From Obrimoposthia wandeli (Eukaryota), in NCBI GenBank assembly GCA_977020255.1, contig CDROCS010000001.1, forward strand, positions 434,001 to 498,000: a stretch of DNA of 64,000 nt. The letters run 5' to 3'. Made by a program: the position numbers and the translations under genes. The notes beneath the pieces were generated by a model. The model saw only the letters and a list, made by a program, of their open reading frames with translations, searched no databases and was not told the origin of the DNA. Shown in pieces: positions 26,614 through 39,379 of the stretch; positions within the stretch are counted from its first letter, which is position 1, and every line of letters begins with the position of its first letter.

Positions 26614-29172
26614 CAGGGTTTCTCAACGGGGGCCCTGGGGGGCCACACAATTTGCCAGGGGGGCCACACGAGCCAAAAAAAAAAAAATTAACACCCCTGT
26701 TTTCACTGGGTTAAACACTTCGATGGCTGCACACGTGTGCCACAAATAAATGTTTGACATGGAATAAAAACAGAGTATAGACTTCTAGATACATATGGAC
26801 GCGACGCGTCAACTTATTGCGTGGGCGTACCAGCCCAATGAGGGCCGACGGTAAAACATCATAATATGCCTGTGCAATAATATCATCGCGCTACAAAAGT
26901 TTGTGTGGCGGATGTGGCATGTGCATAATCATCATCCTGAGTAATATATGGACTAAAATCAGTAATCGTGTTGTGTCTCAGCGTGTGAAGAGAAGAGTGT
27001 CACACTTCATGTGTACATGCCCAAAATACGCTGCCATTGTAAAATGCTACCTACCTAACTCACAAACGTGCACTTGTGTTTGTTTTGAATGAGTCAGTGG
27101 TTGATTTCTTTCTTCTTGTTTGTCATTCACCATATCTGAATGTACACACATAGGACCTTGTTTTTCTAATTGTCTTTTTGCTCACGTTACCCTTGTAAAC
27201 AATTTTCATTTCTGATTTTTAGTTGACAATGAGCAGCAAGAAAAAGTGCAGACAGTATAATTGTGATTATTTACGTTTCGGATTCATTGCAAGCCAAAGT
27301 AATTCTCAACTTCCTGAGTGTATTGTCTGTAACACTGTGCTCTCCAATGACTCAATGCGACCATCAAAACTTGAGGCTCATCTCCAAAAGAAGCATCCTG
27401 ACATTGCAACAAAACCGCGCGCATATTTTACTCAGCTTCGTGATCAGAGGACAACAGCCTCAACCCAATTGCGAAAATTTGTGGTTCCTCAGAACTCTAC
27501 TTCTGGCTTAACAGCATCATATAAAATTGCATATTTAATGGCGAAACGTGGTAGAGCGCATACACTGGCAGAGCAGTTGATTAAACCTGCTATCTTGGAA
27601 GCATTTAATGTTGCCAATGTATCAAATCCACAGTCAGTGCTCGCATCGATTCCTCTCTCAAATGACACCATATCGCGACGTATTTCTGATATGGCTGCAA
27701 ATGTGGAATTCATCGTCACAAATGATCTTCACAATTCACAATTCTCATTGACGCTTGATGAAAGCACATTTTAGAACCAAGCGGTTGTTTTGGCATTTGT
27801 CCGTTTCGTCAAGGATAGACAACTCAAGGAAGAGTTGTTGTTTATCAAAACTGTGGTAAACACGACAGGCGAATCTGTGTATAACACAGTCTGTAAGTAC
27901 TTCGAGGATCATGGTATAGACAAGAGAAACATGATATCCATTTGCACTGATGGTGCCCCATCTATGGTGGGTAAAAAGCAAGGTGTTGTCGGTCGCTTTC
28001 TGCAAGACAGGACCATCTTTACAATGCACTGTGTACTTCACCGTGAGAATTTGGTCGCGAAAGACTTGGGCGGAACAACTTTGATGGATTGTCTTAAAAT
28101 TGTTGTCTCAGCAATTAACAAAATAAAGGCAAGAGCTTTACAAGACCGCCTTTTTCGTGAAGCTTGTCAAGATGAGCACTTTAAATGCTTGCTTTACTAT
28201 ACCGAAGTACGGTGGCTCTCGATGGGAAACTGTATATCGCGATTTGTCGCTCTTTTTGACAGAGTTGTTGAATTCTTGAGCGAAAGAGATGCTAATCTCA
28301 CAAACAAACTGATTGAAAGCAAAAGCACCATTTTATATCTGGAGGCAATATTTGGAAAACTAAACGAGCTTAACATGGTTATGCAGTCACAAAATTTCAA
28401 TATTGTTAATGCCAAGCGAATTATCAAATCATTTATGAACAAATTGATCGTTTGGGCAGCAAGTATTCGTGCTGGTAACTTCAGTCATTTCCCAAAATTG
28501 GCCAACGATGTTTGCAATCCAGATTTGCGAGACATCATTTTAGTGCACTTGGAAGTCCTGTATACAAACTTTCAGCTAAGATTTGAGGATTTAATTGTGT
28601 TGACTGTTCGAGCATATATTGATTGTCTTCACGTCATGACAGTCGATCAAATCATCGATTTTCCCGAGAACATTCAAATGGAGTTATGTCAAGTTCTCGG
28701 AGATGACAAAATGATCAGCATGTCAAAGCAGAATTGGGTGGCAGCATGGCTGGAAAATTCAGAAATTTATCCGGAAATTTTCAAGAAGGTTTATCCCTTT
28801 ATTGTTAATCTACCGACGTCGGTGTTAGCTGAGAAGGGGTTCTCAGTTGTCCTTCATTCGTTCACAAAACAGCGGATGAATCTCAAGTTGTGTGACAATG
28901 CAGAAATCCGTTTACGACTTTCTGAAATTGCTCCAGATTTCACTACACTTGTTGGCAAACGCCAAGCGCAAGGGTCACACTAAGTTAGTGTCACTAATAT
29001 TTTTTAAATATAGTTTTCTCATTGATTATCTTTTTGAATGTTTCCATGACAGAATAGTATAATTGAAAACAATACGTATACGATGTAATCTTTTTGTCCA
29101 TAGTAGAGGGAGGCCACAGCAATTTGCTGCAAACTAAAGGGGGCCGTGGTGAAAAAAGGTTGAGAAACCCTG
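26614..29172 (+). mobile_element. hAT Buster/Charlie DNA transposon, full length
   Basis: TIRs cagggtttctcaac / gttgagaaaccctg with a perfect 8-bp TSD GTCTAGAG (26606-26613, 29173-29180), matching the NTCTAGAN target. Confidence 0.97.
27229..28983 (+). pseudogene. Buster-type transposase (ZBED5/SCAND3-like) with a single in-frame TAG at 27772-27774
   Basis: BED finger CIVC..HLQKKH, LDEST, CTDGAPSM, HCVLHRENL, TEVRWLS, LAEKGFS. ORFs 27223 and 27790 are in the same frame. Confidence 0.93.
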
Positions 29173-29180
29173 GTCTAGAG

Positions 29181-29510
29181 GGTCGGACTCTAATGTTGAA
29201 ATGATCCGAAACAAGTGCGTCCTGTATCGGAGGGGTATCGTCAACAAGCCGTTTATCGTGGACAACATTTCCCACTCATCATAGTGCTTCGCCTGCAAAC
29301 GTCTGATAAGAGTCTCTGCTCGCGTTTCACCAGTTGGCCAAGGTATATTTTGTCCTGGATCCCACATACCATCGACCTGCTTGATGCGACCGAAATGTTC
29401 CACTAGTACATCAGTCTCTTCACACACAACACGGAGACTACCTGACCTTTCTCGTATGTCCTTTCTCCTGGCGTCATCTTGGGTCTTGTAAACAGTTCGC
29501 GCCTCCGTGG
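29181..29510 (-). mobile_element. Possible non-LTR retrotransposon (R2/RLE-like) post-RT fragment
   Basis: Open frame TTEARTVYKTQDDARRKDIRE...KHYDEWEMLSTINGLL weakly resembles the linker before the CCHC/REL domain. Confidence 0.3.
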
Positions 29511-32500
29511 TTTAGCTATGCACTTTTTATATTTTTCAAAGTTTAAAGCTCGGATTTAGAGAAAACTTTGCAGATAAGTAGTTATGGTAGCTTCTGATCT
29601 GTTGTCAATGTTTCAACCAAATTGGGAATATTTCACCTCAAATTCAACATGACCAGGAATTTTGATATTTCTGAAACATTAATTCAATTTCCAATTTCCG
29701 ATTGGAGCTTCCACGCATTCGACTCACTTAAAATTCGGAAGGAAACAAATTATGGATTCTTTGGCCACACATACCAAGGTCCAACTAAATACAAGAACTT
29801 TCGGATATATTTGAAACATATAAAAGGAGTGGAAAATTTAGTTTTCAGTTTTTTTATCGGATTTAGTACTTTGAAATGCGAAAAAAACTACATAAATTTC
29901 CAAATTTGAAGTATTTTCTATGCGTGGAAGCCCCAACCGGAAATTGGGATTTAGTTTATGTTGCAGTGATATCGAAATTACCCGTAGTCTATTTTAGCTA
30001 TTTCGTCGAAACTGAAACAGGCCAGGAACATTCATACCTACTTGTATGCCAACTTTTACTTAAATCCTACGATTAGCTTTAAAAGATATCAAAGATATTC
30101 GATACCGGCTGATAAAATGACGTAACAATGACAGCTAATTCTCACAAGGGGTACCATAAATTGGCCATTCAATCAGATAAGGCAGGACGCAATATTCTAT
30201 GTGCTCTGTTCAACTCTTCTGGCGAGCATTTCCAACTAATAGTATACAGACACTTGGCAAAGAAGACGAGCACAAGTCTGTATTGTCCTGGTGTCCGATA
30301 ACCCTACTCAAACCTCAACTTAGAGAACTTTGTCCAAATTTAGTGACAAAAGTCTGCAAAGTAAAGCTTTGAAGTGAATATTATCACCAATGCTCGTAGT
30401 TGAGTAGTCATTGAGCAACTATATGAGTAGAAATAAGATAAGGAAACCTTTGCGACAGAAAAACCTTTGGCTGTTGTCGTGTTTGATGTGATTTTTATCT
30501 TTTAAATATATTGTTTGACAAATATTGTAATGTTACAATTTTACATTTAACCCATTCAGGCTTGGTTTTACTGACCTTTTTGTTCAAATAAGTATTTTAT
30601 ACTTAAATGTAAACTTAGTAACACTTTAATCGAGTATGTACTGTTTACTGTGGCGATTTCTAAACTTGGAGGAATGCCACGGACTAGTGCAAAGGGAGGC
30701 ACGGAAATTTTAACAGAAATATAATTTCCATAACCTATAAATTAAAAATATATGTATATATACGTATTTTTGCCTCATTTTTGTATAAATAAAATTTTTA
30801 GTCATTCTAAAAATGTGTTTGTGCTACTTGATTTAATATAGGGAGAAGCGCCAATATTAGATCTTTCTCAAAGAGAGGCGTAGTATCGACAAATTATGAA
30901 ACTTGACCAGAGTAAAATACACACGCCTTATATTTCCTCGGTTTACAGAAGTTGTTAAAGTGTGGGGATTCCCGCACTGTCAACTCTTAGCAGGCATATG
31001 TGATATTATCTCTATATGATATTCAAATTCAGAAATTAAAGAATCGAATTTGGAACGCCTTTCAAAAATTCTCTTTTATTAGACATTTTTACACATTTTT
31101 AAATTTAAATCAAATTTTAAAAATGATATTCGCTTGACCTTTCTCAATTTATGTATATGTTGTGCATAATGCATCAAAGTTGTTGGTAACTGAAGCATAT
31201 GTTCATGACAACTTCCAGTTTATTCACTTTTTTATGTTTCCTAACATTATGTTGAAAAATTTAACGATGAAACTTGCACAAAATGTTTCCAACATCATTC
31301 TGATCACTGTAGAAGAAACATTTCATTTCATTCATAACATAGCCAGTGAAAGGTTTGTTGGGGTTTGAAATTAAGTACAAAAGTTAAGTCTTTATTGAAC
31401 AACAACGTTCATACAAAATAGTTAATAACTAATACTTGAAGTTAAAATGTCTTGAATTCAAATTCAAGAGGCTAATATTGTATAATTCATTATATCTAAA
31501 ATATTTAAAATTCGTAAAATAAAAAGTCTTGAAAAATCCCTAATTAATATGAAGTCAATTTTATCTAATTATACAATTTTTGTAAATAACTTTACAAAAA
31601 ACAGATATATAATAAATTTGATACTACTCAATGATGTTAAATAAAATATCGGATCAAGACATATATCACGAGTCAAAAAATAATATATTAATAAAAGGTT
31701 ATTTTAAAAATATTGAGTTTCTTAATTAAATCATTGATTAATTAACTTTCAAAGTTGAATAACTTTTGATAGGAACATCTGATAAATATAAACTAAACAA
31801 TAAATTGATCATTTAAAATTATAAAATCGACGAAGAATGATTTTGTGAGTATATCACATTTAAGTACAATTTTTTATATTATAGGATGCTATTATAGTGA
31901 GAAATGGCACGATGAAATTAAACAAATAATGGCATTTGTATATTATCTGTTTGAAGTTTATGTGGGCACTTAACAATTTCTTGTATAGAGTTTGACAAAA
32001 AACATGATCTTCAATAAAGCCGGTGTTGAAAATTATCTCGTAATTACAAACAATGTTCTAAAAACTCATTATCTCTGACAGCTCATAAGCATACCAATCA
32101 ATCTCAAAAAACATATGGTTCCACGAACAATCGCAGGGCTTTGATTTATTCCTTGATTTATATTACCACTTTAGTAAGATCCAACCAGTTGTATAAATGT
32201 GAAAGAGAACAAATTTATCAATTTTGAGACGTTGAGCTACTTAATATTGGGAATTTAATAATATTTGTATTTAAATAAATCTGAATTACATTTGGTTTCT
32301 TTTGTAGAACTCAATAGATTTAGATTAACATTATATTTGAGTTATTTGTGACTTTTTCCAATATCTTCACCCAAGTTTGTGTTTTCATTCCATCTTCAAG
32401 CTAATTTTCCCATCCTTTTCACTTCACTAGTAATTGTAACAAATTCAATAAAACAGACATCGCACCTTTCCCTTTCTCACTGATGATAAATAAACAAACA

Positions 32501-33239
32501 TTCTCTATGACAGATGTGTAAATTGAAAGAATCTTATTCAAACAAATAGCTATTGTTGTTGAGAAAATCTAAAGATATTGTCATTTATTTTTAGTTAGAA
32601 ACACCAAGGACGTCGTGAGAATAGGATGATGTGGAGAATGATTGTCAGTTCCCATTTCATTGCAGGATAGTGCGAGAGAATTAAGAATGAATTTAATTTT
32701 ATACTTGAGTTAAATATATCGAATTTTGAATGCACGGACCTGGTTAGTTTATTGAATATTGAATATGTTTCTTTTTGACATTTTTCAGTGGTACAAACAT
32801 CAAATTATTTGGCTGTAGTTGCATCATTCCTCAGATTGACTAAATAGTGATCCACTGTTTTTGGTTGGATTTCACTTTCTTTGTGTACATAAGGGGTACA
32901 TTTCAAAAACCCTAATACGAAAATAATTTCTCAGTCGACGCATCACCTCTTCCGGAATCTTTTTCATCTTCACGCTCAGATTACGGGATCTTCTTTTAAC
33001 CTCAAAGGTTAAACAATATTTAACATCTAACCAAATCCCAGCTCTTTATTTTAAGCTCATCGAGCTATTTTTATACTGAAAGTTGAAATAATTTCAAATA
33101 ATTTCTTTTTTCTTGGATGGTCTGTTTTCTTTTATAAGTTTTATTGTAGCCCCAATATGTTGTGATTCAAATGCAGGGGATCTAAATTTAATGTGCATAA
33201 GAGCTGTATTCGTTTTTCTGCACAAAGAATCTGTGTTAT

Positions 33240-33960
33240 AATTGATGACGCTGTCTCGGGTCCCGAATATTTAAAATACGGTGTTTCTCATTTGTCGATT
33301 CTTGGTCTGATTCTATTTTGGATTTAAACTTCGTCCATCGTAAAAAAATATCATATTCATTTTTCCCTGTATGCTGATGACACATGACTTTATGTTGACG
33401 ATGATTCTAATGATTAAGAAATCACATTTTTTGAAATGGAAAATATAAATTATTTGGATCTAAAAATAATATAAACCGCATTAATGAAAGATAATTTTAT
33501 AAAGTTGTTGAAAATATTATTTATTTAAAAACTAAAATAAATAACATTGGTTGCGTCCTCGTATAAGGAAATTCCAAATTAATGAACTGATAAGAACATG
33601 CACCAGTCATATCAATAAAATTCCTACGATTCTAACGCATGCAATTATGACATCACGACTTAATTTTCAAAATTTTAAATAGTTTAATATTCCAGCTCAT
33701 CAATTAAATACCCTACAGAAACTTTTGGACAAAGCCAACAGGAATATTTTCAAAGTAAAGAAATGTGCTAGTACAAGTGAATATTTGATGAAGCTGCATT
33801 GGCTGCTGATCAATGACAGAATTGAATTCAAGATACTACTTATAATCAAAAAACTATTATCTTACAAAAGTCCAAATATTCGTCTGATCTTCTCGAGCTT
33901 GATATTAAATTTAAGCGCTATATTAAATATATCATTGTTTTTTGTTATTATAATAATAAA
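33240..33960 (+). mobile_element. L2/CR1-type LINE RT remnant
   Basis: LYADDT*LY (RT motif) at ~33370 and LMKLHWLLINDRIEFKILL (LHWLP..RI.FK motif). Confidence 0.75.
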
Positions 33961-36900
33961 AAATCCGTATACTGAATAACTGTAAATATATTCATTAAAT
34001 AAATAATGTTTGTTTAAATAATGACAATATAAATTTTTCGCATAGAACTTTTATAAATCAATATATTTACTGTCAACCAGAATTGCATTTGGAAGAGTTA
34101 GTACCACAATCCAGCATTTCTCTGACATTGGCTTGTCGGCCTTAGTTATATCTGACTATACGATAATGTTTACCATGAAGTAAGAGATAACTGGCACCTA
34201 CATGGCAAAAAAAGAAAAACAGGTTTTTCTTCATCAATGGTTGAAATTAATTTATCTTCCGAAAGGTGGGCACTTTCAAACAATAGCAAGTTTTAATTAA
34301 ATCCCAAATACTTCGACTCAACAACACTGTTACAGACAATATAAAAAATGAAGTGTTATTTTATTAAAAATAATAATTGTAACATGATTGCGATGTGTAA
34401 TTTACTAATTTTTATTCACTTTTGGTTGCTATATCTTTGACTATAACAAAAATATATTTAAAATAGAGTCAATATCTAATAAACCTATGAATTAATATTT
34501 CAAAGCATTTCCTATGCACATTTTATTCTTCTGATAGGGTCTAAAATAAAACAAATCAAATTTATTCGAATAATTGTGAAAATTTGAAGGAATGTATTTT
34601 GAAAGAAATGAAGTAGAAAAATTTAATTTGAAAATTACACCAAAGAAATGTGTAAAAATTAACGGAAAATGAGAATAACGACTCAAAATCCTTTAAACAA
34701 GAATGTTAACATTTTTTAGTATAGAAAATATAATTTAAAAAATACACCACGCTTACCCACTATATAAACCCCATTATTAAAAGGAAATGGACAAGTGGAG
34801 TATTCAATGAGTAAAATAAGCAATCAGCAAGTGAGGGTAAACCAAAAAAAAACAATTTTAATGGGTTTCCTGAAGATGCCCACTGAGTAGCACAATCAGG
34901 TGCGTCAATATCATTGGGTCCGCTAACATTCTTACTCTCAACGTGGCTGGCCCTCTTCAAACACGATAGGTAAATGGATTGGAGTAATGTAGCGTGGCTA
35001 GGCAGTATAGTGTAACGTTGTTAAGTAATGTAGTTTAGTTAGTTTAGCAGAGTAAACTTAGTTTTGATCATCGTCATCATCACCAATATGGACTCTCGAA
35101 ATTGTTTACCATAGTTATTATTGTAGTTTGGATTATTTTGTATTATTTAAATTTATGTGCTTTGTGTAAAATTATTAATAAAGTAATTTCATTTTGTTCT
35201 TGAAAGCCTAACATTCATAAAATTTTAAGAAGAGAAATATATATGGATCTATTAGAATTATTTTTTACACTTATAAATAAAATTATTTAACTTCATTATT
35301 GTTCGAAAAAAACTTTTTAAATGTTTTTTGTCTGTTAATTTTTTCATCAAATGATGTTTTTATATCAGAATTATCTATTTTATTAAAATTACATTTAGCA
35401 ATTTTATATAAAGTTTATTACACAAAATTGTAGTAAAAAAAATCTTTGAAAAGAATAAATCCGTGAAAAATGTATTTTCCCTTAAATAAAACATGGTTAT
35501 TGTTGAGTTAATGGTTTCTTGTTTAAACATTTTTATTAGTAAATTTAAATGGGGTTGTGGTTGAGTCCATGGAATTATACTGCAGTTGCTTTTTAATTCT
35601 TAATAGATTATGTTCATTAGGCACCTTAATCTGGCCTCTGGAATGTTTTGAAGTTGACAGGTAAGAGCTGCTTTAAAAAAACTGTCAGATTATTTATTCC
35701 AGTCAGAAATTTAATCTGTAAACTCCAGTGACAGAAACGTCTGCTGAAATCACGCCAAACATCAGTAGCTGGGGGTTGCTATGAGCAAAATTCGTAGATA
35801 CCCCTGTTGTTATAGACTTCATGGGGCAGATCCCACCCCGTTCTTCCATTCCCACAATTGGGAGGACAGCTACTGACATTAAATTGTTAACTGTATATTT
35901 TTGAAACACCCATAAAAATAAATGAACTTTTTTATATTAATATTATTGAAGAGGTTAGGTTGTACAGTTGTAAATGTAGCACAAAATTTATCTGTGGATA
36001 GTAACCTTACACTGTCAACCTCAACTTCAAATGTCACGATTGAAATCCCTGGCATGATACCCGAAGCAAAGGTGATAGCTAGCGAAGTGTATAATATAAC
36101 GTTACGTCTGGACAATCATTAGAAATATGAGTTAGCTTGACAAGAATATAAACGATGATATTAGCCTAGTTAATTTTAAAACCAATTTTTCATGTTTCCC
36201 TTTGGTTTGACATCTGACTTTGATATTAATACCGCTCAATTTCCGAAAGAATGAATTTTGACACTAGAAATAAAGTTTCACAAATCCCTAACTAGGCATG
36301 CAAATGTATTAATGCATGGAATTTTCGACTCTGAATTTCGAATATCGAAAAAAATACGCGTGATTCCATGAAGTAAGTTTATTTTTCATGTTATAATTTA
36401 TTAATAGTACTGTTCAGGTTAACAAAATAGCTAGTTAGCTGCTTGGACCGCAATTTGAAGGTGTATACGGGGTTAGCATAACTACCAAAATTGGTTGTCG
36501 GTTGTGAATACTGATACAGCAATATGCCTGTAGAACATTAAATGGCGCTATTTGGGAAATCGAATCACAAAGAAAACAGGTACATTACACAAGCCTTGAT
36601 CTCAACACCCATTGACAACTAATTGTAGTTCTTTATGTATTTTGCGGCTTTGCTATCAAATCTTTTAATTTGTATGTTACAGTATGTGTTGAATTAATAA
36701 ATATTAGTGTTTAGAAAGCATCTGACCGAATGAATACTATGTAACCGTAAGGACGTCGTAAGACCTATATATGTTTGAACTATAAATAATTTGTAAAACT
36801 TATTTTATTTATCTTGTGGGTTACAATTTTTTGCTATAATCAGTGAATGAATGCATATAACAAAACAGTACTTATAAAAATGTTGATAAATAAAATTTCG

Positions 36901-37469
36901 ATATTATTGATAATATAAGATAAGATTATAAGACAAGATAAGATAAGAAAACTATATTCATAGTAAACACATGCAGGGAATTAAATTCCCTGTAACAATA
37001 CGCCGTAAGCCGTCTTCTACTTCATGTTGGACCGATGAATGTTCCAAAGGAAAATTTCGCATGTTTTTTTATTAATTTGTTGTGTTCGTAATATAATATA
37101 TATTTAAAGTTTTTTTAGAGTTGAAACAAATCGTATCATATGTTGGTATGTTTATAAGCTTGAAAATATCCAGATAAAAAATGTGGCATTTTTCTAATAA
37201 TTGGGCATCAAGGGCTATTATCTGAATTATTAGCTTAATCGAGATGTCAAAACCAGGGATCTGCTTGGGAATATAAAAAGGCAACTTAAACTAGATGAGC
37301 AAGAAAAACCAAAGGATTCATTAAACGAATTTGTAACGCATTCAAGTACATCAACAACCAATATTAAAATATGCGACGAATCCAACATAACAGTTAAATT
37401 GAACACACCAAAGAAGAATCACAGAAGAAATTTGCCAATCCAAGCAGTAATGTTGAAATTTCTTTACCA

Positions 37470-38340
37470 ATGTAGCTGGACTATCATGAACTATCGCCAG
37501 ATCCAGCAGAGTGGATAAACATTTCTGACAATATTAGACAAGTTTTGGTAAAACGTGGTCCTATGCAATTATCAGAGTATAAATTTTCTGTTAATGAAAC
37601 AGATTGACATTTTTCTGTATCTCATTATATTCGTTGTTTGCCAAATGGGAAAAAATTGTTACGGAATGGCTAATTTATTTAAAATCGAAAGATTGTGTAT
37701 TTTGTTTAACGTGCATTTTATTTGCACCTGAATAAATAATTGGACGATAAATGGTTATGCATCTGGGCACATTTATCACGCGTGTTAAAATGTCATGAGA
37801 TATCCTCAGCTCATTTTGATAGTTTGAAAAGGTAGGGGAAATAAACTTGAGGCTTAAAACTGGAAATACAATAGATGCTTCTCAATAAAGTACACTGATT
37901 TATCAAATTCAAAAGTAGTAAGACATATTAAAATAAACTAAAGCAGTTTTGCAATTTTGCAATTTTTTGCGTCGCAATTACTTGCTATTCGCCGATCAAC
38001 AGATAAATATTTTTTATTTTTTACCTGTTGCAGATACTTTTGGTGAAGCATTAACAAATAATGTTATTGATGAATTGAATGCGTTTGAAATGCCAATAGG
38101 ATATATGAGAGGACAGGGTTACGACAATTGTTCCAATATGAGAAGAAAGAATTAAAATATAATTAAGCAAATTAATCCACGAGCTTCATTTATACCCTGT
38201 GCTTGCAATTCCCTAAACCTACAATTATGATGCAATACAATTCAGCTTCTTCTGGAGAGACCACTTATTTCTTCCACATAATTCTAAACATTTCTATTTT
38301 TCTGCGTTTATTAGTCGTTGGAATGTGTTTAAAAAGCTTA
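37470..38340 (+). mobile_element. hAT (Tip100/ZMYM1-like) transposase remnant
   Basis: PDPAEW...KRGP, FCLTCILF, MRGQGYDNCSNM, FIPCACNSLNL and SRWNV motifs with frameshifts. Confidence 0.8.
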
Positions 38341-38357
38341 CTACAAAATAAATTTTA

Positions 38358-38572
38358 TGTTCCATAATAAAAATCAAAGACATCGACAAGAATTCACTTT
38401 TATTCAACTTTCCAAACACTACTACTACAAATCCGAATACATAAACAAACTATCACATGCCTCCACGTAGTCTGACAGGTACGCTGGTCTTCTCCTCACT
38501 TCTTGGTCTGTCCTTTTTCCTAAGATGGGACATATCTTCTGCTACTTCATTGTCAATTTCAATACAAGCACC
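38358..38572 (-). mobile_element. Internally deleted Gypsy remnant with 100-bp 3' LTR (38358-38457)
   Basis: Minus strand encodes GACIEIDNEVAEDMSHLRKKD (like RNase H GIVVEIDGSVVEDFSWLRKED at 52.65 kb), fused to RPAYLSDYV (like RPAYLDDYV at the pol end, 53.94 kb). It is followed by a TG...CA LTR. Confidence 0.75.
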
Positions 38573-39340
38573 AGTAGGTAGAAGGATGGAATCTAAGCCA
38601 CTTAACCTCCCCTGTGTGCGCACACAATGTTAAAGGGTGTCACACCATAAGGGTGTCTTGCCACACCATAAGGGTCTGGCTCAGAAAGGTTAGGATAGAG
38701 GAGGGGGAGGGGGGAGGGGGAGAGGGAAGGGTTAAGTGGCTTAGTATCCATCCTTCTTATGGCCGACTAACATAGCCAAGGGTTGTGGTCGTCCATAATT
38801 CAAAGGGTCAGACTCAGTTTTGACTTGAAGCTTTGAAGGTATAATTGAGGTCAACTATGGTTGACCATCACATCTAAAGGGTCATGGATGTCCATAAATC
38901 AAAAGGTCAGGCTAAAAACAAAATCAAGTTTTAAATATCAAGGTTTTAGTACGTGGTTGGAATCATCTTTAGAAGACGAATTCATCCATAAAGGTATGGT
39001 CGTCCATAGATGAAGGGTTAAAAAAAGTTGGAATTTCATAGTTTTAAGTACATGGTTGTATTTTTCAACATATTACGAGTTTAATCATGTAAAAATTTTA
39101 TGGTCGTTCACAAGGTAAGGGTTAGATTTGGCATAAGTTAAGGAATTATATAGTAATTAATCAATTATTCTATGTGAAAGTTAAAGTTCACTCTTATCAG
39201 TTAAGGAATGTATTACGTAATAATACACACACTATTATATGCGAAAATTTAGACCAAAGTTTTTTCCCAGGCTTACACATCTAAAGAATTATGGTAAAAT
39301 TTATTTAAATAACTTAAATTATATATTAAAATAAAAATAA
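38573..39340 (+). repeat. Maverick left TIR
   Basis: Reverse-complement match to 49267-50303, with substitutions and repeat-number differences. Confidence 0.93.
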
Positions 39341-39379
39341 GAAAGAAGTCAGAGAATAATACAAAATTAAACACTTGTA

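Noticed and set aside
30547-30580. TTAA-CCCATT possible second piggyBac end
   Set aside because: No partner TIR or transposase sequence found.
35700-36122. Two ORFs that could be exons of a secreted, N-glycosylated protein
   Set aside because: In-frame stop in the first segment and no recognisable domain, so too weak to call.
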